A stretch of DNA of 36,460 nt, from contig CAZKDT010000001.1 of the NCBI GenBank assembly GCA_964551515.1, positions 1 to 36,460 of the forward strand. The letters are read 5' to 3'. A program made the position numbers and the translations under genes. Each line of letters starts with the position of its first letter. Positions within the stretch are counted from its first letter, which is position 1. The notes under the pieces are model-generated. The model searched no databases and was not told the origin of the DNA. It saw nothing but the letters and a program-made list of their open reading frames with translations. Of the stretch, positions 9,177 through 17,317 are shown piece after piece. The stretch comes from an uncultured Desulfobacteraceae bacterium. GTDB lineage: Bacteria; Desulfobacterota; Desulfobacteria; Desulfobacterales; UBA11574.

Positions 9177-9818
9177 ATGGAAAAATCGATGACGCTTGTT
9201 ATTGCTACCAGCAACAAAGGCAAAACAGCAGAAATCAAGGATCTTTTGAAGGGATTTCCGGTTGACATCAAAAATTTGAATGATTTTGGTCCCATCCCCC
9301 CATTGGAAGAGAACGGAAACACCTTTGATGAGAATGCTTATCAAAAAGCGAGTTTCGCAGCAAGAATCCTCGGGTTGCCAGCCCTGGCCGATGATTCAGG
9401 GCTTTTGGTCGAGGCACTGGGGAATGCTCCGGGCATTCATTCCGCACGCTATGCAGGGGAAAATGCAACCGATGAACAGAAGTATTTGAAACTTCTTGAC
9501 GAAATGCAAGGAAAGTCCAACCGAAATGCCGCTTTTGAATGCGTCATCTCCATAGCAGTTCCCACAGGTCCTGCCCTGACATATGAAGCCCGTTGCCAAG
9601 GCATGATCACGGAACGTCCTATCGGTTCAAATGGATTCGGATACGATCCGATTTTCTTTTATCCGCCGTTAAATAAAACCTTTGCGGAGTTAACCAGAGA
9701 GGAAAAGAGCAGGGTAAGTCATAGAGGGAAAGCCTTTGCCGAACTCAAAGATGAGTTTGACAAGATCTTGATCTGGATCCGTCAACACATGCCGGTTCAG
9801 GAAATAAAACACGGATAA
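9177..9818 (+). CDS. rdgB: dITP/XTP pyrophosphatase (RdgB/Ham1 family)
   Basis: ATSNKGKTAEI, FGYDPIF and SHRGKA motifs are present. GAGG lies 5 nt upstream of the ATG at 9177. Confidence 0.93.
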   Translation: MEKSMTLVIATSNKGKTAEIKDLLKGFPVDIKNLNDFGPIPPLEENGNTFDENAYQKASFAARILGLPALADDSGLLVEALGNAPGIHSARYAGENATDEQKYLKLLDEMQGKSNRNAAFECVISIAVPTGPALTYEARCQGMITERPIGSNGFGYDPIFFYPPLNKTFAELTREEKSRVSHRGKAFAELKDEFDKILIWIRQHMPVQEIKHG

Positions 9819-9847
9819 GTATTTTTTTATAACTGCCCAACCCAGAC

Positions 9848-9994
9848 AAGCCGGCCTCCGGCTCCGCTTCTCTCCGAGGCGTAGGATCGTGCCTTTACGA
9901 GCCGGAGGCCAGCCCGTAGGGCTTACAGGCCGGCTTCCGGCTCGTAGAGTCTACAGCTCGGAGAGAGGGTAAAGCCTACAGCTCGGAGAGAACC
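9848..9994. repeat. GC-rich block of interlocking inverted and direct repeats, family F8
   Basis: gccggcctccggctc pairs with gagccggaggccagc, and tacgagccggaggccagcc pairs with ggccggcttccggctcgta. ctacagctcggagaga occurs twice in direct orientation, and its complement cttctctccgaggcgtagg lies upstream. Confidence 0.75.
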
Positions 9995-10005
9995 AAGAAA
10001 TATTT

Positions 10006-10074
10006 GCCACCAGGCACCAGACACAAAGGATTTTATTTTGTTATTCGTCCTTAGTGTCTTGGCGCCTTTGTGGC
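10006..10074. repeat. imperfect 25-bp-stem hairpin (gccaccaggcaccagacacaaagga / tccttagtgtcttggcgcctttgtggc)
   Basis: The inverted repeat was read directly. The right arm resembles the F4-type cttcgtggccttcgtg motif. It overlaps the GTG start proposed by the ORF track at 10054. Confidence 0.65.
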
Positions 10075-10095
10075 GATAAGAAAAATGAAGCACCC

Positions 10096-10680
10096 ATGCC
10101 TATGATTGCAGATCTGATAAGAAAAAACAGAAGTTGTCGCAGATTTTATCAGGACCATATCGTAACTCTGGAAACCTTGAAACAGCTGGTGGATCTGGCA
10201 AGGCTTTCCTCTTCAGCGGCAAATTTACAGCCCTTAAAATACATCCTTTGCACGACCCTTAAGAAAAACGCCCAGGTACTTTCATGCCTTGGATGGGCGG
10301 CATACCTAAAGGACTGGCCCGGCCCCAAACAAGGGGAACGGCCCGCAGGATATATTATTATCCTCGGTGATACCGAAAAAGCCAATCCGTATATTGGATA
10401 CGATTGTGGTATTGCCGGCCAGAGCATTCTATTAGGTGCCATAGAAAAGGGGCTTGCCGGATGTATGTTTGGAGCCATAAACCGTCAACAGCTCAGAAAG
10501 ATACTGAATTTAGACAAACAGTTAAAAATACTTCTTGTTATTGCCATCGGGAAACCCAAAGAACAAGTTGTGATAGAACCTGTCGGCCCCGACAATAATA
10601 TCCGGTACTGGCGGGATAATCAGGGGGTCCATCATGTGCCCAAAAGGAATCTGAGCGATATTATTGTGGATTCAATTTAA
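10096..10680 (+). CDS. nitroreductase-family protein
   Basis: IRKNRSCRRF...LVDLARLSSSAANLQPLKY is the typical nitroreductase N-terminal FMN-binding region. The start is set at the first ATG (10096) past the hairpin. ATG 10102 is equally possible, and no clear SD is present. Confidence 0.8.
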   Translation: MPMIADLIRKNRSCRRFYQDHIVTLETLKQLVDLARLSSSAANLQPLKYILCTTLKKNAQVLSCLGWAAYLKDWPGPKQGERPAGYIIILGDTEKANPYIGYDCGIAGQSILLGAIEKGLAGCMFGAINRQQLRKILNLDKQLKILLVIAIGKPKEQVVIEPVGPDNNIRYWRDNQGVHHVPKRNLSDIIVDSI

Positions 10681-10695
10681 TAAAGGAGAAACAGC

Positions 10696-12657
10696 ATGTT
10701 AGAGAAGAAAAAAGGCGTGGACATCGTAATTGAAATCGGAGGTATCACAAGTTTTGAAGCGGCACGCAAGCTTTTTGAAAATAAATTGGACCCAACCAGT
10801 CTGTCTCGGATACAAACAATAACACATTCCGAAGTCGTTATTAAAATCGCCAATGCCATCGCCATGTGTGAGCCGGACGCGGTTTTTATCAATACCGGAT
10901 CTAAAGAAGATAAACAAAAGATCAGGGAAATGGCTATAAATAAGGGAGAAGAAGCCGCCCTTCCCATGGAAAACCATACCATCCATTATGATCTCAAATA
11001 TGAACAGGGCCGCATCATAGACCGTACGTATTATATCACCAATCCCGGAGAACATGTCAGTTCTCTGGCCAACAAAATGGACAGGGCCGAAGCGCTCATG
11101 GATATCCGGGATAAAATGACGGGGATTATGCAGGGGAAAACCATGATCATAGGGTTTTATATGCGGGGTCCGGTGGGTGCACCTGTATCCAATCCCGCTC
11201 TGGAGATTACCAGCTCATTATATGTGTCACACAGCGCGGAAATTCTTTACAGAAATACGTTTTCCGATTTCGGCAAAGAAGTTGACCGTCTGAAACATTT
11301 TTACACCAATATCCACAGTGAAGGCCTGAACCGGCTTGAAGATCTGCCCAACGCACGGGTATTTATGGATCGAAGTTATCAAACCACCTACAGTTTTAAC
11401 TGCACGTATGCCGGCAATACGTTGCTGTTGAAAAAAGGAAACCACCGGTTTTCCGTGGACAAGGCCGTGTATGAAAACAGGGGCAATGAGCTATCGGAAC
11501 ATATGTTTATTACCGGTATAGACGGACCCGGGGATCGGATAACCTGGTGTGCCGGCGCTGCCCCCAGCGGATGTGGGAAAACCACCACTGCCATGGCAGG
11601 CAACCATTTTATCGGTGACGATCTGGCACAAATGTGGATTGATGAAACCGGCGCCATCTGCTCAATAAACCCGGAATGCGGTATTTTCGGTATTGTGGAA
11701 GATGTAAACTGGGAAGGGGATCCGAATCTTATGGAGCTTCTTCGAAAGCCCGGAACAGAAGTGATCTGGTCTAATGTTCTCATTGATGACAACGGAATTC
11801 CCCGCTGGACCGGGGACGGTGAAGATCCCCCGCTTAAGGGAATAAATTTTCAAGGGCCATGGGAACCGGGGATGACCGATGAAAACGGAAAAGAAATCCC
11901 CATATCCCATCCCAATGCAAGATGTACCTTGAACTCGTCAGGCCTGGCCAATTATTCCGAAAGGTCGGAAGATCCCAACGGTGTGGAAACCCGAGTGATT
12001 ACCTACAGCGGTAGAGACAGCGATACCATGCCGCCGGTCTGGGCAGCTAAAAATTCGGACCACGGTGTGGTGATCGGCGCGTGTATTGTGTCTGCCGCCA
12101 CCGCCACAGAAGTGGGCGCAACCGGCGTTAAAAGGGCGCCTTGGGCCAACGCCCCCTTTATCCCGGGCGCATTGGCCGATTATATGGCTGCTCAATTTCA
12201 GTTTTTTGGGAATGAAAAAATTGCAAAAGATAAAAAACCGGTACTGGCGGGATTGAATTATTTTCTGACCCATGAATCCAGGGGCGGCACTTCCAAAAAA
12301 CTGCTCGGAGAAAAAAGAGATGTAAAAGTCTGGCTGGCCTGGCTGGAAAGACATGCACACAATGACGTCGATGTTATTAAAACCCCCATCGGCAATCTTC
12401 CGAAATTTAATGATCTGAAAAACCTTTTTCACTCTATCATCAACAAAGAATATACTAAAGATCTATATATTAAACAGTTTTCTTTGTATATTGACAATAT
12501 TGTTGCCAGAATAGACATGCAAGCAGAAGCATATGGAAAAGAACCTGATCTCCCGGAAAGGCTGTTCGAAGTTCTTAACAAACAAAAGAAAGGTCTCATG
12601 GCGTTAAGAGACAAATATGGTCCGATTGTGACGCCGTCCCAGCTTGAGGAATTATAA
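10696..12657 (+). CDS. pckG: phosphoenolpyruvate carboxykinase (GTP type)
   Basis: 653 aa. The P-loop-like APSGCGKTTTAM, the downstream GDDLAQMW, and the overall length and order are as in GTP-PEPCK. A strong RBS (AAAGGAGAAACAGC) precedes the ATG. Confidence 0.88.
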   Translation: MLEKKKGVDIVIEIGGITSFEAARKLFENKLDPTSLSRIQTITHSEVVIKIANAIAMCEPDAVFINTGSKEDKQKIREMAINKGEEAALPMENHTIHYDLKYEQGRIIDRTYYITNPGEHVSSLANKMDRAEALMDIRDKMTGIMQGKTMIIGFYMRGPVGAPVSNPALEITSSLYVSHSAEILYRNTFSDFGKEVDRLKHFYTNIHSEGLNRLEDLPNARVFMDRSYQTTYSFNCTYAGNTLLLKKGNHRFSVDKAVYENRGNELSEHMFITGIDGPGDRITWCAGAAPSGCGKTTTAMAGNHFIGDDLAQMWIDETGAICSINPECGIFGIVEDVNWEGDPNLMELLRKPGTEVIWSNVLIDDNGIPRWTGDGEDPPLKGINFQGPWEPGMTDENGKEIPISHPNARCTLNSSGLANYSERSEDPNGVETRVITYSGRDSDTMPPVWAAKNSDHGVVIGACIVSAATATEVGATGVKRAPWANAPFIPGALADYMAAQFQFFGNEKIAKDKKPVLAGLNYFLTHESRGGTSKKLLGEKRDVKVWLAWLERHAHNDVDVIKTPIGNLPKFNDLKNLFHSIINKEYTKDLYIKQFSLYIDNIVARIDMQAEAYGKEPDLPERLFEVLNKQKKGLMALRDKYGPIVTPSQLEEL

Positions 12658-12694
12658 TATTAACCCGGTTTTTAACGTAATTTGCAGCGGCCGC

Positions 12695-13906
12695 ATGCTG
12701 GTCGCTCTTGTGATGGGTTTTGCCTGCGGTTTGCCGCTTCTTCTGACCATAACCGTATTACAGGCATGGATGAAAGAGCAAGGGGTGGATCTGACCGTGA
12801 TCGGAATGATCTCCCTCGTGGGTCTGCCCTATACGTTGAAGTTTCTCTGGGCGCCGGTTCTGGATCGTTTTACGCTCCCTTTTCTGGGCCGCAGAAGAGG
12901 CTGGCTTTTGGTGGCTCAGGCGGCCTTGATGGTGTCGATATCCGGTCTGGGCTTCACTGATCCCGGGAAGAATCCATGGATGATGGCCGTTGCGGCATTT
13001 CTGGTAACCTTTTTCAGCGCCTCGCAGGATATTGTCGTTGATGCCTATCGAAGAGAAGATCTCCCGGATCAAGAGCTGGGGATGGGCTCTTCTCTGTATG
13101 TCAACGGATACCGGGTTGGAATGCTGCTCGCTTCCGGCGGCGGCCTGATTATGGCAGATCACATGCCGTTTTTCATGGTCTATCAGATCATGGCGGCCTG
13201 TATGCTGCCTGGTGTTGTCACCACGCTTCTGGCACCGGAACCCAAAATTGACGTGGGGACTCCGGAAAGCATGAAGCAAGCGGTTGTTGATCCGCTGATC
13301 GAATACTTCAGCCGGCGGGGTGCGTTATGGATACTGGCCTTTATTCTTTTTTATAAAATCGGCGACACAATGGCCAGCGCCATGACCATACCGTTTTATT
13401 TGGATATAGGGTTTTCAAAAACCCAGATTGGCGCCGTAGTAAAACTGTTCGGCTTCTGGGCAACCATGGCAGGAACTCTGATCGGCGGGATGATCATGCT
13501 CCGCCTTGAGATCAACCGAAGCTTATGGATTTTTGGGTTTCTCCAGGCCGTATCCACCGCCGGTTTTGCAGTTCTGGCGCAGGTGGGTAACAGTCTTCCC
13601 CTATTGTCGACAGTTATCGCTTTTGAGAATCTCAGCAGCGGATTGGGGACCGCCGCTTTTATCGCATTCATGGCAAGCATTACCCACAAAAAGTTTACCG
13701 CCACACAATATGCGCTGCTCAGCAGCCTCATGGGAATTCCCAGGGTGATGGCTTCGGCGCCGACCGGTTTTTTTGCCAAGAACATGGGATGGGCAAGTTT
13801 TTTTATTGCCTGTACACTTATCGCTGCTCCCGGCATGCTCCTTCTTTTTAAATGTGCGCCCTGGAATCCTAACCCGGACAATCCGGAATTAATTATTGAA
13901 TATTGA
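12695..13906 (+). CDS. ampG: AmpG-family muropeptide MFS permease
   Basis: It is polytopic and carries GFACGLPLLLT..LQAWM and LGRRRGW motifs as in AmpG. The start is uncertain: ATG 12695 is chosen here, but the track's TTG 12644, which overlaps the pckG end by 14 nt, is possible. Confidence 0.85.
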   Translation: MLVALVMGFACGLPLLLTITVLQAWMKEQGVDLTVIGMISLVGLPYTLKFLWAPVLDRFTLPFLGRRRGWLLVAQAALMVSISGLGFTDPGKNPWMMAVAAFLVTFFSASQDIVVDAYRREDLPDQELGMGSSLYVNGYRVGMLLASGGGLIMADHMPFFMVYQIMAACMLPGVVTTLLAPEPKIDVGTPESMKQAVVDPLIEYFSRRGALWILAFILFYKIGDTMASAMTIPFYLDIGFSKTQIGAVVKLFGFWATMAGTLIGGMIMLRLEINRSLWIFGFLQAVSTAGFAVLAQVGNSLPLLSTVIAFENLSSGLGTAAFIAFMASITHKKFTATQYALLSSLMGIPRVMASAPTGFFAKNMGWASFFIACTLIAAPGMLLLFKCAPWNPNPDNPELIIEY

Positions 13907-13961
13907 ATATTTGTAGAAGTCGCTTCGCTCCGTCATTTTTTTGATAGGTCTTTTTAAAATT

Positions 13962-14052
13962 GAAAGAATGTAAGTTCTCAATAAATTATGGATTTGGCTC
14001 AATATCACCATTTGATACACCAGAACTTATTGAGATGTTACGAAAGAATTCC
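13962..14052. mobile_element. approx 89-bp hairpin MITE, family F2, copy 1
   Basis: cgtaagttctcaataaattatgg ... ccagaacttattgagatgttacg. There are 3 mismatches to copy 2 over the 77-nt core, and the arms are mutually reverse-complementary. Confidence 0.85.
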
Positions 14053-14177
14053 TTAAATTTTCAATATTCAATCGAAAATATTCAATCATTTGAAGATAGG
14101 AAAAATAGCCCAATTAAATTTTTTGCCACAAAATACAATAATTTCACAATTAAGAAACAAAAGAGCGAGATGAAACT

Positions 14178-15929
14178 ATGGAAAATAAAAAAGTCATCGC
14201 GAGAATCGAAAATCTTCAGCAGATGAGGAAAAAAATTGTTTCCATGTCCCCTGAAAACGCCTTGAATACTATTTTAGATTTGCCCCAACCCTCTGCCCTG
14301 ATCCATTCCTTCTCTGAAGAGGATTTTTATTTTTTAATCCATGATATCGGGCTCGAAGATTCTCATCCCCTGTTATCCCTTGCATCCGCCAGACAGTGGG
14401 AATACATCGTAGATCTTGAAGTTTGGCAAAAAGATAGAATCGAATTGAAATCGGTTACCCGATGGTTTGACCTGTTATTTAAAGTAGACCCGAATCGTTT
14501 TATCAAGTGGTTCCTTGACCAAAAAACCGAATTCATGGAATTTTATCTGTTCAAAAATATCGAAGTTAAAATTAGAAAGCATGATCAGGATCCATCGGAA
14601 TTTGGAAATGAGTTTTTCACATACGACGATATGTTTTATGTAAGGTTTCTTGACGATACCTTCGAACTTGAAACCGAAGAAACAGAGTCGGACGAAACCA
14701 TAAAAAAAGATCGCGACGCGTTTCTTTCACAATTTTTCAAAACCCTTGCAGCCTTCGACCATATCACATATCAAAAAGTTCTGCTGGAGGCTTGCAGCGT
14801 AATTCCCGCAGAAGCCGAAGAAGAAGCTTATCGACTCCGCAATGTAAGACTGGCGGAAAAAGGGTTTCTGCCATATGAAGAAGCCATTGGCATATATCGG
14901 CCGTTGAAACCGGAAAATTTTGAAAAGCAGGATACAAAATTTATCACAGCAGATCCTGACCGAAAACTGTTTTTTCCTGTTCCTTTCTATCATTCCGGAA
15001 TGCTGGACCAAGAAAATCTTTTTACCGCTGCCTTGAAAAAAATAAAAACAGATGATGTTATTGAACAAATTCAGACTGAATTTGCGGGACTGTGCAATCT
15101 TATCATCTCTGCGGATCGGAAAAATATCAGAGAAAAACAAGAACTGAAAACTATTGTCAAAAAGGTCTCCGGATACCTGAATATCGGACTTGAACGGTTA
15201 TCTCCCGACAACAGGGCTCCGGATGCCGGACATTGCGCACTATTGATACGCAACCACCCACTTTCCAATATTTTCAAGGTCGGATACGGCATCGCCCTTG
15301 AACTAAAATGGAGAGCCGAAAAATGGCAAGAAAAAAGCTGGTTTGAAAAACAAGGTCTGCTGCTGAGCTTCTGGGGCGAACAATGGCTGGGGGTGCTGGG
15401 AGGACTGTTGATTAAAAAACCGCTGTTTTTTGACAACTATACAACAGGGGTACTCTACAGGGAATTTATATCCATGAAAGACATACGGGCAACGGAGAAC
15501 GTATTGAGTGAAATTATCCTTTTTGACGATCTCTTTTCTTTAATGGCAATAAACCCCGAACCGGTTATAGACCGGTTTCTGACCTATAAAAATTTTATCC
15601 TGACTCTCTGGGCAAGAGATTACCTGGGCCTGTCAGGGAAAATTGAACCGTTACATCTTGATGAGTTCAAACGCCTTTTTGATGATTTCTGGGCAGGCAA
15701 AAAAAAGCCTTATAAAATAAAACTGCCCATGAAAGAATCGTTTTTAAGCTGGCTTTCAGAGCTGACCGGTTTCACCAATTACGACATTTCCCGAAAACTG
15801 GGGCATGTTCTGGAAAATCTTTTCGGCGAGATTGAAAACGAATACGGTGAAGTGTCAAGCAAAGATTTTGACCCCAGATATATTAACCTGTTTCTGGTAA
15901 AAAGAAAAATAACTAAATTAAAAAATTAG
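14178..15929 (+). CDS. conserved hypothetical protein, 583 aa; from memory possibly the DUF6178 family, with an MgtE-N-like helical N-terminus
   Basis: A long intact ORF with no catalytic or nucleotide-binding motif visible. It is helical, acidic and Trp/Phe-rich. The family assignment is unverified. Confidence 0.75.
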   Translation: MENKKVIARIENLQQMRKKIVSMSPENALNTILDLPQPSALIHSFSEEDFYFLIHDIGLEDSHPLLSLASARQWEYIVDLEVWQKDRIELKSVTRWFDLLFKVDPNRFIKWFLDQKTEFMEFYLFKNIEVKIRKHDQDPSEFGNEFFTYDDMFYVRFLDDTFELETEETESDETIKKDRDAFLSQFFKTLAAFDHITYQKVLLEACSVIPAEAEEEAYRLRNVRLAEKGFLPYEEAIGIYRPLKPENFEKQDTKFITADPDRKLFFPVPFYHSGMLDQENLFTAALKKIKTDDVIEQIQTEFAGLCNLIISADRKNIREKQELKTIVKKVSGYLNIGLERLSPDNRAPDAGHCALLIRNHPLSNIFKVGYGIALELKWRAEKWQEKSWFEKQGLLLSFWGEQWLGVLGGLLIKKPLFFDNYTTGVLYREFISMKDIRATENVLSEIILFDDLFSLMAINPEPVIDRFLTYKNFILTLWARDYLGLSGKIEPLHLDEFKRLFDDFWAGKKKPYKIKLPMKESFLSWLSELTGFTNYDISRKLGHVLENLFGEIENEYGEVSSKDFDPRYINLFLVKRKITKLKN

Positions 15930-16061
15930 CACGAATCCTGAAAAGATCAGCGATTTAGACCTGAATGCTAATCTGGGATTGCCAATTCAATAATTTTTCC
16001 CCCAAGATACTTTTTTGGGCGTCTGCATCTGGTTTGAAAAGCACGGTAAAGGCAGGATCAA

Positions 16062-16150
16062 GGAAATTCGTAAGTTCTCAATAAATTATGGATTCGGCTC
16101 AATATCACCATTTGATACACCATAACTTATTGAGAAGTTACGAAAATTCC
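16062..16150. mobile_element. approx 89-bp hairpin MITE, family F2, copy 2
   Basis: ggaaattcgtaagttctcaataaattatgg / ccataacttattgagaagttacgaaaattcc form roughly 30-bp inverted arms around a 29-nt loop. The core starts exactly 2100 bp from the core of copy 1, in the same orientation. Confidence 0.85.
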
Positions 16151-16384
16151 TCCTAAAGTAGTAGATAAAGGCTGCAAACATTTTAAATCCAAAAAATAAC
16201 AGTTTCATTTCGGCAGTTATATTTGGCGCACAATTTTCCATATCTCGGAGTTAATTCAGCCTCGCTAATACCCATATTTACCACATCGCCTCAACATCAT
16301 CCAACAGATTGTTAAAATCCAATCCGCCGTTCAACCTCATCAACAGAAACAATAAACCCCGGCAACTCCGCCTTTGAAATTGTC

Positions 16385-16540
16385 CTATGTTGGTCCTACC
16401 TGTTTTTTCTTTCTCTTGGACTTCGGATTCTTTTTAAGACACTTCTTATCTTTCCTGACGATGGCACAGAGTTTTGGGTTATTAAGATCTTTACAGTTAT
16501 CGTGATTATATAATAGGCATTCCGGATACATTTTTGACAT
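16385..16540 (-). CDS. small Cys4 protein with basic tail (51 aa), below the track's length cut-off
   Basis: Hand translation gives MSKMYPECLLYNHDNCKDLNNPKLCAIVRKDKKCLKKNPKSKRKKKQVGPT*. The ATG is at 16540 with AAAGGAA about 12 nt upstream. It begins 33 bp downstream of the GIY-YIG gene stop on the same strand. Confidence 0.5.
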   Translation of the reverse strand: MSKMYPECLLYNHDNCKDLNNPKLCAIVRKDKKCLKKNPKSKRKKKQVGPT

Positions 16541-16573
16541 AAACTTTATTATTCCTTTTATTTCGTGCTCGGT

Positions 16574-17206
16574 TTATGCCTTCATATAAATACCAATTCC
16601 CGCATTTTTAATTTTGCCCCGTTTCTTCAGAATCTTAGCATTGTCGTATATTTTTCTTCTATTGAAACCGGTTTTTTCCATCAGTGTAGAGACATCTACG
16701 CCCTTTCTGTGTCTTTTGATGAAATCAAAAACAGTATCAACTGCTGTTAATTTGGCGGGTTTTTTAGCAGCTACCTTTTTAGCAGGAGCTTTTTGTGTGG
16801 CTACCTTTTTAACTAGTTTTGCTTTGGCCACAGTTTTTTGTTTTTCAAGTTTTCCGACCGTAATAATCATTTTGTCAACTTGCTTTGAGAGTACCTTTAT
16901 TTCTCTGTTAATCACTTGCAGGTTCTTTTTTAGATTTTTTGTCATTTCATTCTCCTCCTTTGTAAGTTCAAAAATTTTCCTACTGGAAGGTACTTGTTTA
17001 ACCCGATATTCCAGTTTAAGAGTATCGCTTTTCGTCATTTCAGAACTGACAATAACTAATTTAACAGGCCTCCGGGATCTTGTATATTTGGCACCCCTGC
17101 CTGAATTATGTGCTGCCAGCCTGTTTTTCAGGTTGTTGGTTATCCCACAATACAAAGATTCATCAGAACACCGAATCAGATAAACAACCCATTCCCTTTT
17201 TTTCAT
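16574..17206 (-). CDS. GIY-YIG nuclease-superfamily domain (UPF0213/YhbQ-like) fused to a coiled-coil, a Lys/Ala-rich histone-H1-like tract and a C-terminal wHTH-like domain
   Basis: The N-terminal 80 aa read WVVYLIRCSDESLYCGITNNLKNRLAAHNSGRGAKYTRSRRP...LEYRVKQ, which is GIY-YIG. Residues about 125-160 read AKAKLVKKVATQKAPAKKVAAKKPAK. The C-terminus reads FIKRHRKGVDVSTLMEKTGFNRRKIYDNAKILKKRGKI. Confidence 0.8.
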   Translation of the reverse strand: MKKREWVVYLIRCSDESLYCGITNNLKNRLAAHNSGRGAKYTRSRRPVKLVIVSSEMTKSDTLKLEYRVKQVPSSRKIFELTKEENEMTKNLKKNLQVINREIKVLSKQVDKMIITVGKLEKQKTVAKAKLVKKVATQKAPAKKVAAKKPAKLTAVDTVFDFIKRHRKGVDVSTLMEKTGFNRRKIYDNAKILKKRGKIKNAGIGIYMKA

Positions 17207-17317
17207 TTTTTCAGTTTTGATTATCCACCCGTTCTTTCAATTCCTTGCCAACTCTGTTAAATCAGTATAATAAAGAAACGATTGAATATTGTCAATAAAT
17301 TCTATATGGTTAGCATA

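Noticed and set aside
8824-9344. Short ORFs 8824-9006, 9068-9322 and 9150-9344 in the iorA-rdgB spacer
   Set aside because: They lie in AT-rich intergenic DNA, have no RBS, and overlap each other and the rdgB start. Their translations are low-complexity with no recognisable motif.
10054-10095. GTG start for the nitroreductase ORF; likewise TTG 20786 for rnfG and 19807 for rnfD
   Set aside because: The GTG lies inside the right arm of a long hairpin repeat. For rnfD and rnfG, downstream ATGs sit at classic overlap or 1-nt junctions, and GGAGG lies upstream of the rnfD ATG.
13960-14226. 88-aa plus-strand ORF from the track
   Set aside because: It is translated straight through the F2 hairpin MITE and AT-rich spacer, and it overlaps the start of the 583-aa gene. 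It has low-complexity Lys/Asn/Ile composition and no RBS, so it is most likely spurious.
16150-16384. Possible toxin-antitoxin or small-gene remnants in the non-coding stretch after MITE copy 2
   Set aside because: Minus-strand translations give only 20-30-codon fragments (for example MGISEAELTPRYGKL...) with no convincing family signature.
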